Shown: positions 46,401 to 56,887 of the stretch, piece by piece
Layout of the letters: each line of letters starts with the position of its first letter
How positions within the stretch are numbered: position 1 is the first letter of the stretch
DNA from: Candidatus Omnitrophota bacterium
GTDB taxonomy: Bacteria > Omnitrophota > Omnitrophia > Omnitrophales > Aquincolibacteriaceae
Length of the DNA stretch: 64,000 nucleotides
NCBI GenBank assembly: GCA_043803685.1
Contig: JAZDJU010000037.1
Span: 96,001 to 160,000 of the forward strand
Direction: 5' to 3'
Position numbers and translations under genes: made by a program
Notes under the pieces: model-generated
Seen by the model: only the letters and a program-made list of their open reading frames with translations
Database searches by the model: none
Told to the model about the DNA's origin: nothing

Positions 46401-47831
46401 TTAACGGCTAAAAGCCTCTTCAGATACGGGAATCCCTAAAATATCCCGAAGGATCACCTTGGCGATATTCCCGGCCAGGATCGTATTGCCCAAATCGGTG
46501 CAGTGACCAAAGTCCGCAGCAAACCTGTCCCTGAAGATCTCTTCGAATCGGTATTTCTTGAGCGCATCCTTAAATAGCTTTTCATTATCGACAAAACTGA
46601 CGTTTTGACCGTGGTCCGCAGAAAAAATCCTCCTTAAGGGTTCTATGTCCCGCATAGGATACTGCACGCAAACAAGACGTATCCCGTGTTCATCGAGCAG
46701 TTTCTTTATCTTACGATAATTTTCCACTGTCATCGATTCGTAACCTTGAGGAGCCAGGGCATGGCCCTGAGCAAGATAATCATCGCTCAGCTTGGATTTC
46801 CCCAAAGCGCGGTAAACATAAGCCAGGCCAAAATAGGGTCTATAATCCGACTGATGGCTAAGCTCAATGGATTCTTTATAATTCGCTATAGCTTCCTCGT
46901 ACCGGCCCTGTGCCGCAGCTATTTCTCCAGAATAGTAACTGATCCATCCGGCGTGGCAGTGGCTTCTGAGAACCTTCAGCAAGGATTCCGCTTCGACATT
47001 TTTATGTACAGTGTTCAACTGACCCAGCAAATATCCCGCATACGGATTCTCTTCCGGACATGCCGTGAATATTTTCTTGAACTTCTCGACCATTGCTTGG
47101 AGCATTGCTTCCTGCTCCTTGGGCTTGCATTGAAACATCCACCTGAAAAATGCGTCCGTATTCAAGGGATTGAGCGTGACAGCCTGACAGAATGTGGATC
47201 TGGCCTCATGCTCCTTCCCCTGAGCCTGCAACCGCATGCCAAGCTTTAGATAATAAACATCATCTCTGGACGCAGCGACAGGCGCTTCAGATCGAGGCTT
47301 ACCCATAACCATGCGTTTTATTTCCTCAAACTTGGCCTGAATGTGCGCGCAAAGTAACTGCATGAGCCTATGCGTTTTAAAAGACTGGGCAAAACTTCGG
47401 TTGCAGGTGGCAAATCCGGCGGGCATATGCTTGGCACCCGCATCATTAATGCCGATCATGGCCACCACCATATCGGGCTTGTATTTCCTGATATTGCTTT
47501 CCATTTTCTCGAAAATAACATCGGTATTGGTCGCGATCAGACCTTCATCGGTCACACTAAATCGCGTTTGGGTCTGACGGGCATTCAGTATCTTTTCAAG
47601 GAACCGTGGGTATTGCGCCTGAGTCGTCGACTCTCCAACGCACAGGATCCGATAGGAACCCCCGGTTTTCAGGGTGGCCCAATTTTTATATTGCTGCACA
47701 GCCCTGATGAAAAAACCCGATGCCTGGAGGCCCATCTCAAGCATAGCGAGAGCAAGCAACACTCCGAACAATACCAGCGCCACTCTTTGCCCGAAAGAGC
47801 TCGCTTTAGAAATTTTTTGCTTCTTTTTCAC
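46401..47831 (-). CDS. Membrane-anchored SGNH-hydrolase-like protein with inserted TPRs
   Basis: TM, CVGESTT (block I), MIGIND (block III), DFGHCT (block V), TPRs in between. Confidence 0.78.
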   Translation of the reverse strand: MKKKQKISKASSFGQRVALVLFGVLLALAMLEMGLQASGFFIRAVQQYKNWATLKTGGSYRILCVGESTTQAQYPRFLEKILNARQTQTRFSVTDEGLIATNTDVIFEKMESNIRKYKPDMVVAMIGINDAGAKHMPAGFATCNRSFAQSFKTHRLMQLLCAHIQAKFEEIKRMVMGKPRSEAPVAASRDDVYYLKLGMRLQAQGKEHEARSTFCQAVTLNPLNTDAFFRWMFQCKPKEQEAMLQAMVEKFKKIFTACPEENPYAGYLLGQLNTVHKNVEAESLLKVLRSHCHAGWISYYSGEIAAAQGRYEEAIANYKESIELSHQSDYRPYFGLAYVYRALGKSKLSDDYLAQGHALAPQGYESMTVENYRKIKKLLDEHGIRLVCVQYPMRDIEPLRRIFSADHGQNVSFVDNEKLFKDALKKYRFEEIFRDRFAADFGHCTDLGNTILAGNIAKVILRDILGIPVSEEAFSR

Positions 47832-47865
47832 AAAATCGTCCCTTAGAATAAAGAGCGTCCGGGAC

Positions 47866-49401
47866 TTATTTCATCCCCAAAACTTCCTTTAAAACCACAT
47901 CCGCTATTTGTTCCGCTAAGAGCTTATTCCCTAGCTTGGTGCAATGTCCGAAATCACCGCCGAACATATCGAAGAAATATTCATGAAGACGCCCCCCCGC
48001 CACTGCGGTCTTGAACGGCTTCTCATTATCCACAAAAAAAACTCCGTCCCGGTCCGCAAAAATCTCCTTAAGCACAGAGATGTTCCTCATGGGGTATTGC
48101 GCGCAGACCAGTTTGATCTTTCTGGAGTCAAGGATGGCCTTCAGACGGCGATAGTTCGTCACAGTAACGACATTGTAAAAATCCTTGTCCAGGGACCTTT
48201 CTTTATTTTCGCAGGCCGCGGCCTCTTCGTGCCTTCCCGTTTCATGATAGAACAATATCAATCTTCGATGGCAAAGGTCATTCGTTGGGTTTGCCGCGAG
48301 AAACTTTTTCAAGGCCTGCTCGGCATCAGCGTACCGCTTCTGGGCCATATAAATATGCACCAGAGCCATGGTCACAATCCCCATATCTCCGGAACTTTCT
48401 TTATTTTTATTACCGAGAAGCTCAGCTTTTTTATAAGCGGCTTCTGCCTGTTCATATTTTTTTTCGGACAAATACTGATCTCCTAGAGAACGATACCCCG
48501 CAACATCATAGGGCATTAATTCTATCACTTTCAATAACAAGCCCTCTATCTGATCCTCATGGGTGCCATTTCTATGAACCCAAGACAACCCGTAATAGGC
48601 CTGGGCATTCTTTGGATTTTTCGCTAAAACCTTATTGAACGCCTTTTCTGATCCGCCCAGATCCCCATCCGAAAGAGCCTTCCATCCATCAGACAAACAC
48701 TTTAGTTCATCGACGGAATAAGGCCCCCCTGAAACGCCAAGGAGCTCCTGAGTGCCTCTAAGACCGAAATCCTTTAATTTTTCCCGCGGCACCTCCACGG
48801 CCGGTTCTTGAGAGGCTGGAGTTTGCACAACTGGAGGCTTTACCTCATTCGTCTTTTTTATTTTTTCCGTTAGATGAAGCCCCAGGGATCGTACTAATTT
48901 AACAACGCGCAACGAGAACAGCCACCGCACAAACCTTGATGAGCTCTTGACCTCCGGGGGCATATGTTTACCCTGATCATTGATCCCCATCATCGTCACG
49001 ACGAGATCCGGCTTATACTTATCCAGATTGGCTTCCAGTTGTGCCAGGATCACATCGGTGTTGGTGGAGGGTATTCCTTTATCAATAACACTGAATGGGA
49101 TGCCCTGCCCGCGCCGATTGAGCTCCTCCTCAAGAAAGGAAGGATATGTGCCTGCCGTGGTGGACTCCCCCAAACACAGAATGCGATAACCATGCGCTCT
49201 CAAAGAACGCAGATTTTGGGATTCCTGGAAAAACAAAAATGCAGATCCCCCTATGCGCAGTCCTGCCTCCAAAAGAACTAACCCTAGGAGTATTCCGAAA
49301 AGAACCAGTCCCGCTTTTTGCAATAAAGTCGTGGGGGTACGAACGAGCGGTCCCTTCCTAGCGAAAGCAGCCGTTCGTTGTTCGATCTCTTTTTTATTCA
49401 A
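47866..49401 (-). CDS. Membrane-anchored SGNH-hydrolase-like protein with inserted TPRs (paralog)
   Basis: TM, CLGESTT, MMGIND, DFGHCT, TPRs. Confidence 0.78.
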   Translation of the reverse strand: MNKKEIEQRTAAFARKGPLVRTPTTLLQKAGLVLFGILLGLVLLEAGLRIGGSAFLFFQESQNLRSLRAHGYRILCLGESTTAGTYPSFLEEELNRRGQGIPFSVIDKGIPSTNTDVILAQLEANLDKYKPDLVVTMMGINDQGKHMPPEVKSSSRFVRWLFSLRVVKLVRSLGLHLTEKIKKTNEVKPPVVQTPASQEPAVEVPREKLKDFGLRGTQELLGVSGGPYSVDELKCLSDGWKALSDGDLGGSEKAFNKVLAKNPKNAQAYYGLSWVHRNGTHEDQIEGLLLKVIELMPYDVAGYRSLGDQYLSEKKYEQAEAAYKKAELLGNKNKESSGDMGIVTMALVHIYMAQKRYADAEQALKKFLAANPTNDLCHRRLILFYHETGRHEEAAACENKERSLDKDFYNVVTVTNYRRLKAILDSRKIKLVCAQYPMRNISVLKEIFADRDGVFFVDNEKPFKTAVAGGRLHEYFFDMFGGDFGHCTKLGNKLLAEQIADVVLKEVLGMK

Positions 49402-50581
49402 AGCTTTTCAACTTCTTCTTCAGAATCTCTTTGGATGCCTTTATTTCTTTCAACAACTCGCCGGTCTTCGACTTGTCTGCACTTTGCCGCACCAGGAACC
49501 AGATCCTGATCTTATTGGCTACTTTCCCCAGGAGATATTTGGTGTTCTGGTAGACCCGGTTATACATTCTCCTGTAAAAACCGGGCTTCGTGAGCTTCTG
49601 CACCTTTAAGGAGATCAGCTCCTCGGTCTTCTGCTTTCCAAAGTTTTGATCATAACAACTCATCATGCATCCGCCGCAACCCTTGGTTTCAATCTCCCGG
49701 CGCAACCGGTCATGTTTCCGGGAACCCCAGATCTCGGATAGCTTTTTTTTCTTAACATTGCCGATAACCTTGTCGTCCAGGACCCAGCAAGGGTAAACAT
49801 TCCCTTCCGAGGATACGGGACAGGAGCTCCAGAGGGCCGAACAACCTTTTTGCTCCGCGTTGATCACGGTCTCGCCGCACAAATAGGCAGGGATCCTGTG
49901 AAGATACTCTTGCGGGTTGGTCATAATCTTGTATTCCTGCGCAAGCCGGATCACTTCCACAAGGCTTTTTTCGATATCCGGCTGTGATCCCCTCGGCGCA
50001 AAAAAATCTCCCCGGAGCCCCTTATCTTTCAGAAAGATATCGCTGAACGGTTGAAATTTGACGGTCGTCACTCCGAATTGATACGCTAGCTCCATCACCT
50101 TGGGCAAGGCCTCGTAATTCTGCCTGCTAACGATCGTGGCAATGGTGGTTTCGATGTTGTGCTTTGAAAGATTTTTTAGCGCTTCAACCGCTTTGACATA
50201 GTTCCCTTTCCCCCGCAAGGCGTCATGAGTGGCTTCATCCCCCTCAACGGAGATGTTCACGACCCCGATCCCCGCTGCGACAAGCTTGCGCGCGACCTCC
50301 TCGGTCAGAAGCGTGCCGTTCGAAGCCAGGCAGGTATTGATCCTGTGTCGATTGACAAAAGCGATCAGATCAAAGATATCTTCGCGCAATAAGGGTTCGC
50401 CCCCGCTAAAAACAATACTGCGCGGACAAAAATGAACCGCATCAGCGACCAGCCTCTGCATCTCCTCACCGCTCAGCTCGGTCTGGCGGCCCCCTGCGGG
50501 GATCTGACACATCGAACAGCGCAGGTTGCACCTGTTCGTCACAGAAATGATCACTTCATTGAGCCGGTGTTCCATGGTCAA
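49394..50581 (-). CDS. Radical SAM protein with SPASM/Twitch domain
   Basis: CNLRCSMC, SGGEP, GNVYPC, CGGCMMSC. Confidence 0.9.
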   Translation of the reverse strand: MTMEHRLNEVIISVTNRCNLRCSMCQIPAGGRQTELSGEEMQRLVADAVHFCPRSIVFSGGEPLLREDIFDLIAFVNRHRINTCLASNGTLLTEEVARKLVAAGIGVVNISVEGDEATHDALRGKGNYVKAVEALKNLSKHNIETTIATIVSRQNYEALPKVMELAYQFGVTTVKFQPFSDIFLKDKGLRGDFFAPRGSQPDIEKSLVEVIRLAQEYKIMTNPQEYLHRIPAYLCGETVINAEQKGCSALWSSCPVSSEGNVYPCWVLDDKVIGNVKKKKLSEIWGSRKHDRLRREIETKGCGGCMMSCYDQNFGKQKTEELISLKVQKLTKPGFYRRMYNRVYQNTKYLLGKVANKIRIWFLVRQSADKSKTGELLKEIKASKEILKKKLKSFE

Positions 50582-51732
50582 TCGTCACCCAAAACAAGGT
50601 CTTCGTAGGCATCCACCCACTGGAGCCCTGTTTCCAAAGCCTTTTTTTTTCCCGCCTTCGTCATCGCGGACCCCTCCAGAGCTGCCGTAAAATCATTCAC
50701 GACCCTTTTCAAGGACTCCGTTCCCGGACGCGCCCAGCAGGTCTGGAGACACGGCTTATCGCAGACCCCCATTTTCGTTCTGGCCATCCGGGCGGCCTCC
50801 GTATTCAAACAATCGCTCAAAGACATATCCTTGATATTCCCGAAAGAAGGCCCGCAACTGCGCACGGAGCCGTCCGGGCCTACATCCACAAAAACAAAGG
50901 GATTGCACTTCCAATCGCGTCGCGTCAGCGAACCCTGAAAATAGCCCAGCCATTGATAAGGGTCATGCAGGAAAGCGATGAGACCCGACTTGTCCTTATA
51001 AGCCACAAGCTTGTCGATCTGCTCCTTAAGGACGCCCTGCCATTCCGGCGTGATCCAAAGATGCCCCTCCTTGACCGTATTCTGCATATCCGCCTGCGCC
51101 ACGATGACCGGATGATAGACAAGACATTCCACTCCTATTTCTTTGACCAAAGCAATCATGTCATACAGTTCATGGACATTTTCTTTCATGATGGTGACCC
51201 AGGCCGAGATCTGCGGACCATGACCTTTCCGTTTTTTTTCTTCGGCCAAAAGGCGCAGAGCTCTGATCGCTTTCGCGTAAGCCCCGTCCACGCCACGAAT
51301 GGAGTCATGCGTCTTGGCGCTTGCGCCGTCCAGAGAAATCGCGATATTGCTAAGTCCTGAATCCATGATCCTGGCCGCAAATTGAGCGTTATCGATCAGG
51401 CTACCATTCGTGACCGCTTCGGTCTTCAGCCCCAAGGAAACGGAATGGCGGATGATCTCGAAAACGTCCTTCCTTAAAAAAACCTCGCCCCCGGTGAACA
51501 AAACCGTGCAGTCCGCTCCCCAGCCCGCCACTTCGTCGAGGCTCTTCTTCAGCAGATCGATATCCAGTTCCTGGTCCTGTAGTACATGTCTTACGCCGCA
51601 CATTTGACAATTAAAATTGCAGCGATGCAGCAAGCTGAAAAAGACCCAATAGGGCTTGGCAAAAGGCTGATTTAAAGCCTCGGAAAAATAAAAATCGAGA
51701 TTGGTTTTAAACTCAGAAAGAATTTTCTGCAT
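50578..51732 (-). CDS. Radical SAM protein with SPASM/Twitch domain
   Basis: CNFNCQMC, TGGE, SLDG, CDKPCLQTC; start MQKILS at 51732. Confidence 0.9.
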   Translation of the reverse strand: MQKILSEFKTNLDFYFSEALNQPFAKPYWVFFSLLHRCNFNCQMCGVRHVLQDQELDIDLLKKSLDEVAGWGADCTVLFTGGEVFLRKDVFEIIRHSVSLGLKTEAVTNGSLIDNAQFAARIMDSGLSNIAISLDGASAKTHDSIRGVDGAYAKAIRALRLLAEEKKRKGHGPQISAWVTIMKENVHELYDMIALVKEIGVECLVYHPVIVAQADMQNTVKEGHLWITPEWQGVLKEQIDKLVAYKDKSGLIAFLHDPYQWLGYFQGSLTRRDWKCNPFVFVDVGPDGSVRSCGPSFGNIKDMSLSDCLNTEAARMARTKMGVCDKPCLQTCWARPGTESLKRVVNDFTAALEGSAMTKAGKKKALETGLQWVDAYEDLVLGDD

Positions 51733-52597
51733 GGTTTTTTGAGTGACTCCCTTCAAAGCGACTTCGAAAATCCGGTCGCATCATTTCATGGTATTCCTGT
51801 TCCCAGTGATAACGCCAGTGCGGGTATCGTTTTGACAATTCATGCTCCGAAATGGCCGGATGAAAACTGAACTCCCAACTGCCGCTCTTTCTTGTCTTTT
51901 GGAACCTTTGGAGGACCTCTCCCAGAGGGCCCCCCGCGTTCGACGCGTTGCAATAATGGTCAGGATGTATCATCCGATATTTCTTCAACAATCGTCCCTG
52001 GTATAAACACAGACCATTGAGCAACATATTACCTAAAAACTTGTCCGGATGCGCTGAAAATTGCAGGGCATTGAACCTCAGCGGCGTATAGGGATATCGG
52101 ATCCTCGCAACATGATATTTCAAAGCATGCTTAATAACGATGTCCAGAATGCCCGGCACCATATGCAACTGCTGGTGGCTGTCGATGCGAGTGATCCGGA
52201 CCCCCTGTCGCTGGACTTTTTCGAACTGAGCTCCGATCTCCTGATCGATCTCCCTCAGACGGATCTTTCCCAAAATGTAAGCTCTCAGAAACTGAGAATA
52301 ATCAGCGTAAAAAAAACCGTTTTTATCCACCAAGGAAGGAACTTCCCTCCCGGAAAGAAGGGGCGTGAGCTCCACAAGGGTTAGATGCAACCCCACATCC
52401 AGATCAGGATGTTGTTTGATAAGGCTGACCGCATCATCAAAGGCTTCCCCGTTCGCCATAAGAGAAACGCCGTCCAGATTCCCCTTTTGATGGATCCCGA
52501 TCATGCCGGCATTGATCTCCCGGGATAGTCCGAAATCATCTCCGGTGATGAAAAAACTCTTCGCTCTATTATTTCCGGAGGATATGATCAAGAACAC
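51713..52597 (-). CDS. ChbG/HpnK (YdjC) family carbohydrate deacetylase
   Basis: TGDDFG, GLHLTL, DSHQQLH, FHP. Confidence 0.88.
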   Translation of the reverse strand: MFLIISSGNNRAKSFFITGDDFGLSREINAGMIGIHQKGNLDGVSLMANGEAFDDAVSLIKQHPDLDVGLHLTLVELTPLLSGREVPSLVDKNGFFYADYSQFLRAYILGKIRLREIDQEIGAQFEKVQRQGVRITRIDSHQQLHMVPGILDIVIKHALKYHVARIRYPYTPLRFNALQFSAHPDKFLGNMLLNGLCLYQGRLLKKYRMIHPDHYCNASNAGGPLGEVLQRFQKTRKSGSWEFSFHPAISEHELSKRYPHWRYHWEQEYHEMMRPDFRSRFEGSHSKNHAENSF

Positions 52598-53984
52598 TCC
52601 AGGCGCTTTTTATCATTATTTTGAGTTGCTGGAATGAACGGATCCTGCGCACATACGAGGCCATAATGGCCGGTCGAAGGTAGAATTCGCGTAATAGCTT
52701 TTTCCGGTATGCGATCAAAGATTCCTTCGTCATCCCATGGGGCACAAACACAATATCAAAGCAGGTCATTTTATCATAATCGTTCTCAAACCGGCCGAAC
52801 CCCTTGATCGCATGAAACAGCGCGGCGCCAGGGTACGGAGTAAAGAACGTTACGCTGACATCATCCAGCGGTTGGCTTTTAATAAAATCGATCGTTTCCT
52901 GAACCGTTTCCGGAGTTTCCAGCGGATTCCCCAATAGAAGAAAACCTTTTGTCAGGATCCCTGCCTCCCGGGTTTCCCTGAGAGCTCTTTTGATGACCTC
53001 AAGGCTGATCCCCTTCTGGTAAACATCCAGGATCTGCTGATTGGCGCTTTCGATCCCGTAAGATAACTGCCAGCATCCGCTGTCTTTCGCCATCCGCAGA
53101 CTTTCCTGATCAACGCTATCAACACGAACAGAAGCCGCCCAAGTCATATTCAGCCGGGCCTCTTTGAGAAGACGGCAAAAGTCAATCAGTCGTCGCTTGA
53201 GTGAAAAAAACTCGTCGTCCTGGAACATGACATGCCGGATCCCGTAATCTCTTTTTAATGTTTTCAGCATAGCAACCATATATTCAGCGCTGTGAAAACT
53301 CATGCGATTGCCGAATACAGAGCGATCGCAGAAAGTGCACTGTCCCGGGCAACCGCGAGAGGTCATGAGCGATACAGCAGGCAGACGGTAAACATGCTGG
53401 ATCGGCAAGGAATAATGCTTGTCCAGCGCCGGCAAGAGATCAAATGCGGGTTGAGGAAGCGCGTCAAGGTCTTTGATCCTGGAACGCGTGCCGGACAACA
53501 AAACCTTGGGAGGATCTCTGAAAACAAGCCCTTTAACCTGAGCGATATCTGTCTTTTCCTCTAACGCCTGGATCACCTCGCGTAGCGTTTCTTCCCCTTC
53601 TCCAACAACCCCTATATCAAAGGGCGCATGCTCTTGAAGCGTTTCGATGGGCAGCGCGCTGACATGAGCTCCTCCGATAAAAATGATCACGGACGGTTCC
53701 AGGGATTTAATTTTACCGGCAAGAGTCGCCACTCCTCGTATCTGGGACGTGGTGGCGCTCAGCGCGACATATCCGGGCTTTTCGAGTTTGACCTGGGCCA
53801 GGATCTCTGGATCGTCATAATGGAGGGCCTGGGCATCGATAATACCCACAGGTATTCCTTCATTTCGTAAAAAAGCAGCCAGGGAGCACAACCCCGTCGG
53901 GATCTCCACTCCCCCGGCAGGAGAAAGAAACCCGTAACGCTGATCCAGGGTGGAAGGGGAATTGATCAAAAGGACTTTTTTCAT
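52569..53984 (-). CDS. B12-binding radical SAM protein
   Basis: GGAH, GEGEET, SRGCPGQCTFC, FQDDEF, YGIES. Confidence 0.9.
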   Translation of the reverse strand: MKKVLLINSPSTLDQRYGFLSPAGGVEIPTGLCSLAAFLRNEGIPVGIIDAQALHYDDPEILAQVKLEKPGYVALSATTSQIRGVATLAGKIKSLEPSVIIFIGGAHVSALPIETLQEHAPFDIGVVGEGEETLREVIQALEEKTDIAQVKGLVFRDPPKVLLSGTRSRIKDLDALPQPAFDLLPALDKHYSLPIQHVYRLPAVSLMTSRGCPGQCTFCDRSVFGNRMSFHSAEYMVAMLKTLKRDYGIRHVMFQDDEFFSLKRRLIDFCRLLKEARLNMTWAASVRVDSVDQESLRMAKDSGCWQLSYGIESANQQILDVYQKGISLEVIKRALRETREAGILTKGFLLLGNPLETPETVQETIDFIKSQPLDDVSVTFFTPYPGAALFHAIKGFGRFENDYDKMTCFDIVFVPHGMTKESLIAYRKKLLREFYLRPAIMASYVRRIRSFQQLKIMIKSAWSVLDHILRK

Positions 53985-54173
53985 AGTTTTACGCATCAGC
54001 ACATGATGAGCGGATACAAATAACCCCTATCAAATAAATTGGTTCGATTAAGAGGCTCGTGTCCCGACGCCGAGATCCTATCCACACCCCGGGTCTAGGA
54101 GCTTCTCATTTTTTGAATATGCGTCTTCTCTGGCCTTAGCGCATTCGGCAAGGCAACCCTTCAAAGACGCCCT

Positions 54174-54938
54174 CTACGTTCTCATTTCCTGTTTCTCCCG
54201 CCGCCAGAAAAAGAAACGCGTAAGCTCGTCTAATATCTTAACGATCACTTTAAAACTCGAAAGCGTCGAGCGCCCTCTCGTCCTGGGATGATAGTCGCAG
54301 GGAAATTGCACGATCTTACGCCCCGACATTCTCACCCGGGCCAACATCTCCACATTGATAAAAGACCCTTCAGAAGACAACCGGATCTCATTCAGAAAAC
54401 TTCTCTTGAAAAGCTTAAATGAAAAATTTACGTCTTTTACACCCAAACGAAAAAGAAGTTCGATGAGACCATTGTAAATATAAGAATAAAAAAAACGCCG
54501 AACCCCCTCACCGCCCCGACTGGTCCTGTAGGCAGAAAAATAATCCGCGTCTTCGGCGTCGAGCATCGCGATCGCCTTAGCGATCTCTTTCAAGTCAAAC
54601 GGCAAATCCGCGTCAAAATACAAGATCAGGTCTTTCGTCGCGGCATTGAACCCTGTCCTCAAAGAACCCCCTAAGGTTCTATTCCTTTCATGATGAAGAA
54701 CCTTGACCCTCCGGTCCGTTCCAGCTACCGCATCAAGCATTTCGCCCGAGCTGTCCGTGCTCGCATCATCCACCAAAATGATCTCATAGTCAGCACAGAT
54801 CGACGGCACTGTTCTATTAATCGCCTTCAGAAGTGGCGCTATATTCTCCTCTTCGTTGAAGACGGGGATCACGATGGAAAGGCTATAGGGGTATAACAAA
54901 GCTTTGTCTCTCCCGACGGGATCCCTCAAAGGGATCAT
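54174..54938 (-). CDS. GT2, polyprenol-phosphate glycosyltransferase (DPM1/GtrB-like)
   Basis: IPVFNEEENI, VDDASTD, FDADL, R-x2-G-x-S. Confidence 0.88.
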   Translation of the reverse strand: MIPLRDPVGRDKALLYPYSLSIVIPVFNEEENIAPLLKAINRTVPSICADYEIILVDDASTDSSGEMLDAVAGTDRRVKVLHHERNRTLGGSLRTGFNAATKDLILYFDADLPFDLKEIAKAIAMLDAEDADYFSAYRTSRGGEGVRRFFYSYIYNGLIELLFRLGVKDVNFSFKLFKRSFLNEIRLSSEGSFINVEMLARVRMSGRKIVQFPCDYHPRTRGRSTLSSFKVIVKILDELTRFFFWRREKQEMRT

Positions 54939-54954
54939 CCGCCTGTTTTGCCTG

Positions 54955-55212
54955 CTATTTCTGAGCCATTGACCATTTAAACAAATGCGGGGTTTTCTTC
55001 GATCGCCCTTTAAGTTTTTTTGCTAGTAAGGTCACGGCCGGCCCATTCTCAGTGTTTTCTTTGATGAGGACCTCCACGTCTGAAAATCCCGCATTATGGA
55101 ATATTCGAGGGACGGCGTCCTCTAAAGCGCGGAACGCTTGACCTTCCATCCCATCTAAACAATAGCGGACATTTTCCAAAAACGTGTTCCCCCCGGTTTT
55201 TTCCCGCGACAT
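54955..55212 (-). pseudogene. Short ORF, possible methyltransferase C-terminal remnant
   Basis: IFHNAGFSDVEV...LLAKK resembles the end of class I SAM methyltransferases; no GxGxG motif. Confidence 0.3.
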
Positions 55213-55246
55213 TCGACGTCACCCAAGCTAAGGATACAGCTCCTTT

Positions 55247-56740
55247 CTAAAGCAAAACGTCTTTCCCCTTTTTTTCACCCAAAGACAACGCGGACTCCAC
55301 ATCCAATGTCCCGCCAACTCGATCTCGGGCAAATTTATCGGGTAGCTGCTCCTGGAGCAACTTCAATCGCTGGACTCTGTGTCCGTAGGTATCACTATTA
55401 TCTTTCGCACTCCAATCATGGAGATTATTTAACTGGATCCCATAGCGATCCTTCATCTCATAAAGCGGCGTATGAGGCTTTACCGTGCAAATGGCGGCAT
55501 CGATCCCTGCCATGCACTCAGAATTCTTTTTAATAAAATCCAGAGTCTCCTGGAAATCACGTGATGATTCCATGGGATGCCCCACAACCCAGTTTGTGAG
55601 CGCGGAAATTCCCGCCGCGTGAGCATCCATAATATTCTTTTCCGCGTCTTGGATGTGGAACCCCTTATTCATAGCCTGCAGAACCTTGGGAGACGCGCTT
55701 TCTATCCCGAAACTCAGATACTCGCATCCCGCCTGCTTCATCCTTTCAAAGATATCCCTGGTCAATACGGAATTGACGGACGCGCTCCCCCCCCACCGCA
55801 CACGGAGCTTCTTTTCAATAAGAAGCTGGCATAATTTTGTCAAGAAAGAGACGTTCAAAGTGATACTCGAATCATTGAAATGAAAAAAATCCGTCTTGTA
55901 ACGCGCGATTTGGCGCTCCATCTCCTCCACAACACACGAGGCTTTTCTAGCTCTAAAGGTATACCGATCCATATAGGGATAATCACAAAAAGAACACCGA
56001 GAGGGGCAACCTCGGCTTGCCAGTATCGGTAAAAAATTCTTTTCCGTGTAGGCGAACTCTTTTAAAACTGAAAAATCCGGAAAAGGTAACGCGTCCAGAT
56101 CGCAAATCAAAGGTCTTAGTTCATTGATTGTTAAATTCCCGTTCTCCTTGGCGATAACTCCCCGGCATCCCTCCAGGGAAGATCCCGAGGAAACCCGATT
56201 CACAACATCCAACATAATGTCCTCGCCTTCCCCGACGGCGACCATGTCGATGACATCTAAAACGCGATGAATGGGGCTGTGGATATTGGCCACAGCATCA
56301 TCACAGACATCGATATAAGACAGGACAAAGGGTCCTCCAAAAATGATCTTTCTCGTCGCATCCAATTGCTTTATTTTTTTCGCCAAAATAACGCTTACGT
56401 CGACTGAGGTGTGATAGACCGTAAATCCAATAACCTGAGCGTTGCTTTTTAAAATTTCTTGGGCCCAGTCATTCAGAAGAGACTCACTCAAGAATTCAAG
56501 GTGGCTCAATAACCCGGCATCTTGCCATCCACTATTAATACCTCTGCTTGACCATAGCAAAGAAAAAGCATAGTCCCAATATTTCCTCATATCGAGAGGG
56601 ACCTGATGAAAAAGACGTATGTTGAGGTCAAACGAATCAACGCTATGGCCGTTTTTTTCAAGCACCGCCCTCAGGTAAGCAGGCCCCAGCATGGGCATAC
56701 GCACATTAAACATGGGGCATTCAACAAGAGCTATTTTCAT
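55247..56740 (-). CDS. B12-binding radical SAM protein
   Basis: MKIALVECP, GEGE, SRGCPSRCSFC, FGIES. Confidence 0.9.
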   Translation of the reverse strand: MKIALVECPMFNVRMPMLGPAYLRAVLEKNGHSVDSFDLNIRLFHQVPLDMRKYWDYAFSLLWSSRGINSGWQDAGLLSHLEFLSESLLNDWAQEILKSNAQVIGFTVYHTSVDVSVILAKKIKQLDATRKIIFGGPFVLSYIDVCDDAVANIHSPIHRVLDVIDMVAVGEGEDIMLDVVNRVSSGSSLEGCRGVIAKENGNLTINELRPLICDLDALPFPDFSVLKEFAYTEKNFLPILASRGCPSRCSFCDYPYMDRYTFRARKASCVVEEMERQIARYKTDFFHFNDSSITLNVSFLTKLCQLLIEKKLRVRWGGSASVNSVLTRDIFERMKQAGCEYLSFGIESASPKVLQAMNKGFHIQDAEKNIMDAHAAGISALTNWVVGHPMESSRDFQETLDFIKKNSECMAGIDAAICTVKPHTPLYEMKDRYGIQLNNLHDWSAKDNSDTYGHRVQRLKLLQEQLPDKFARDRVGGTLDVESALSLGEKKGKDVLL

Positions 56741-56887
56741 GGTTGCTCACAATTTTTCATCAATTAAAGGAACGAACTATGGCGCTTCACACCTTCACGT
56801 CTATAGCCTCATAACTGCAAGGCCCTCACATTCGTAACGCGCTTGATGAGGGCATTACACCCTTCTTCCCCGCATTGTTTCTGCTCT

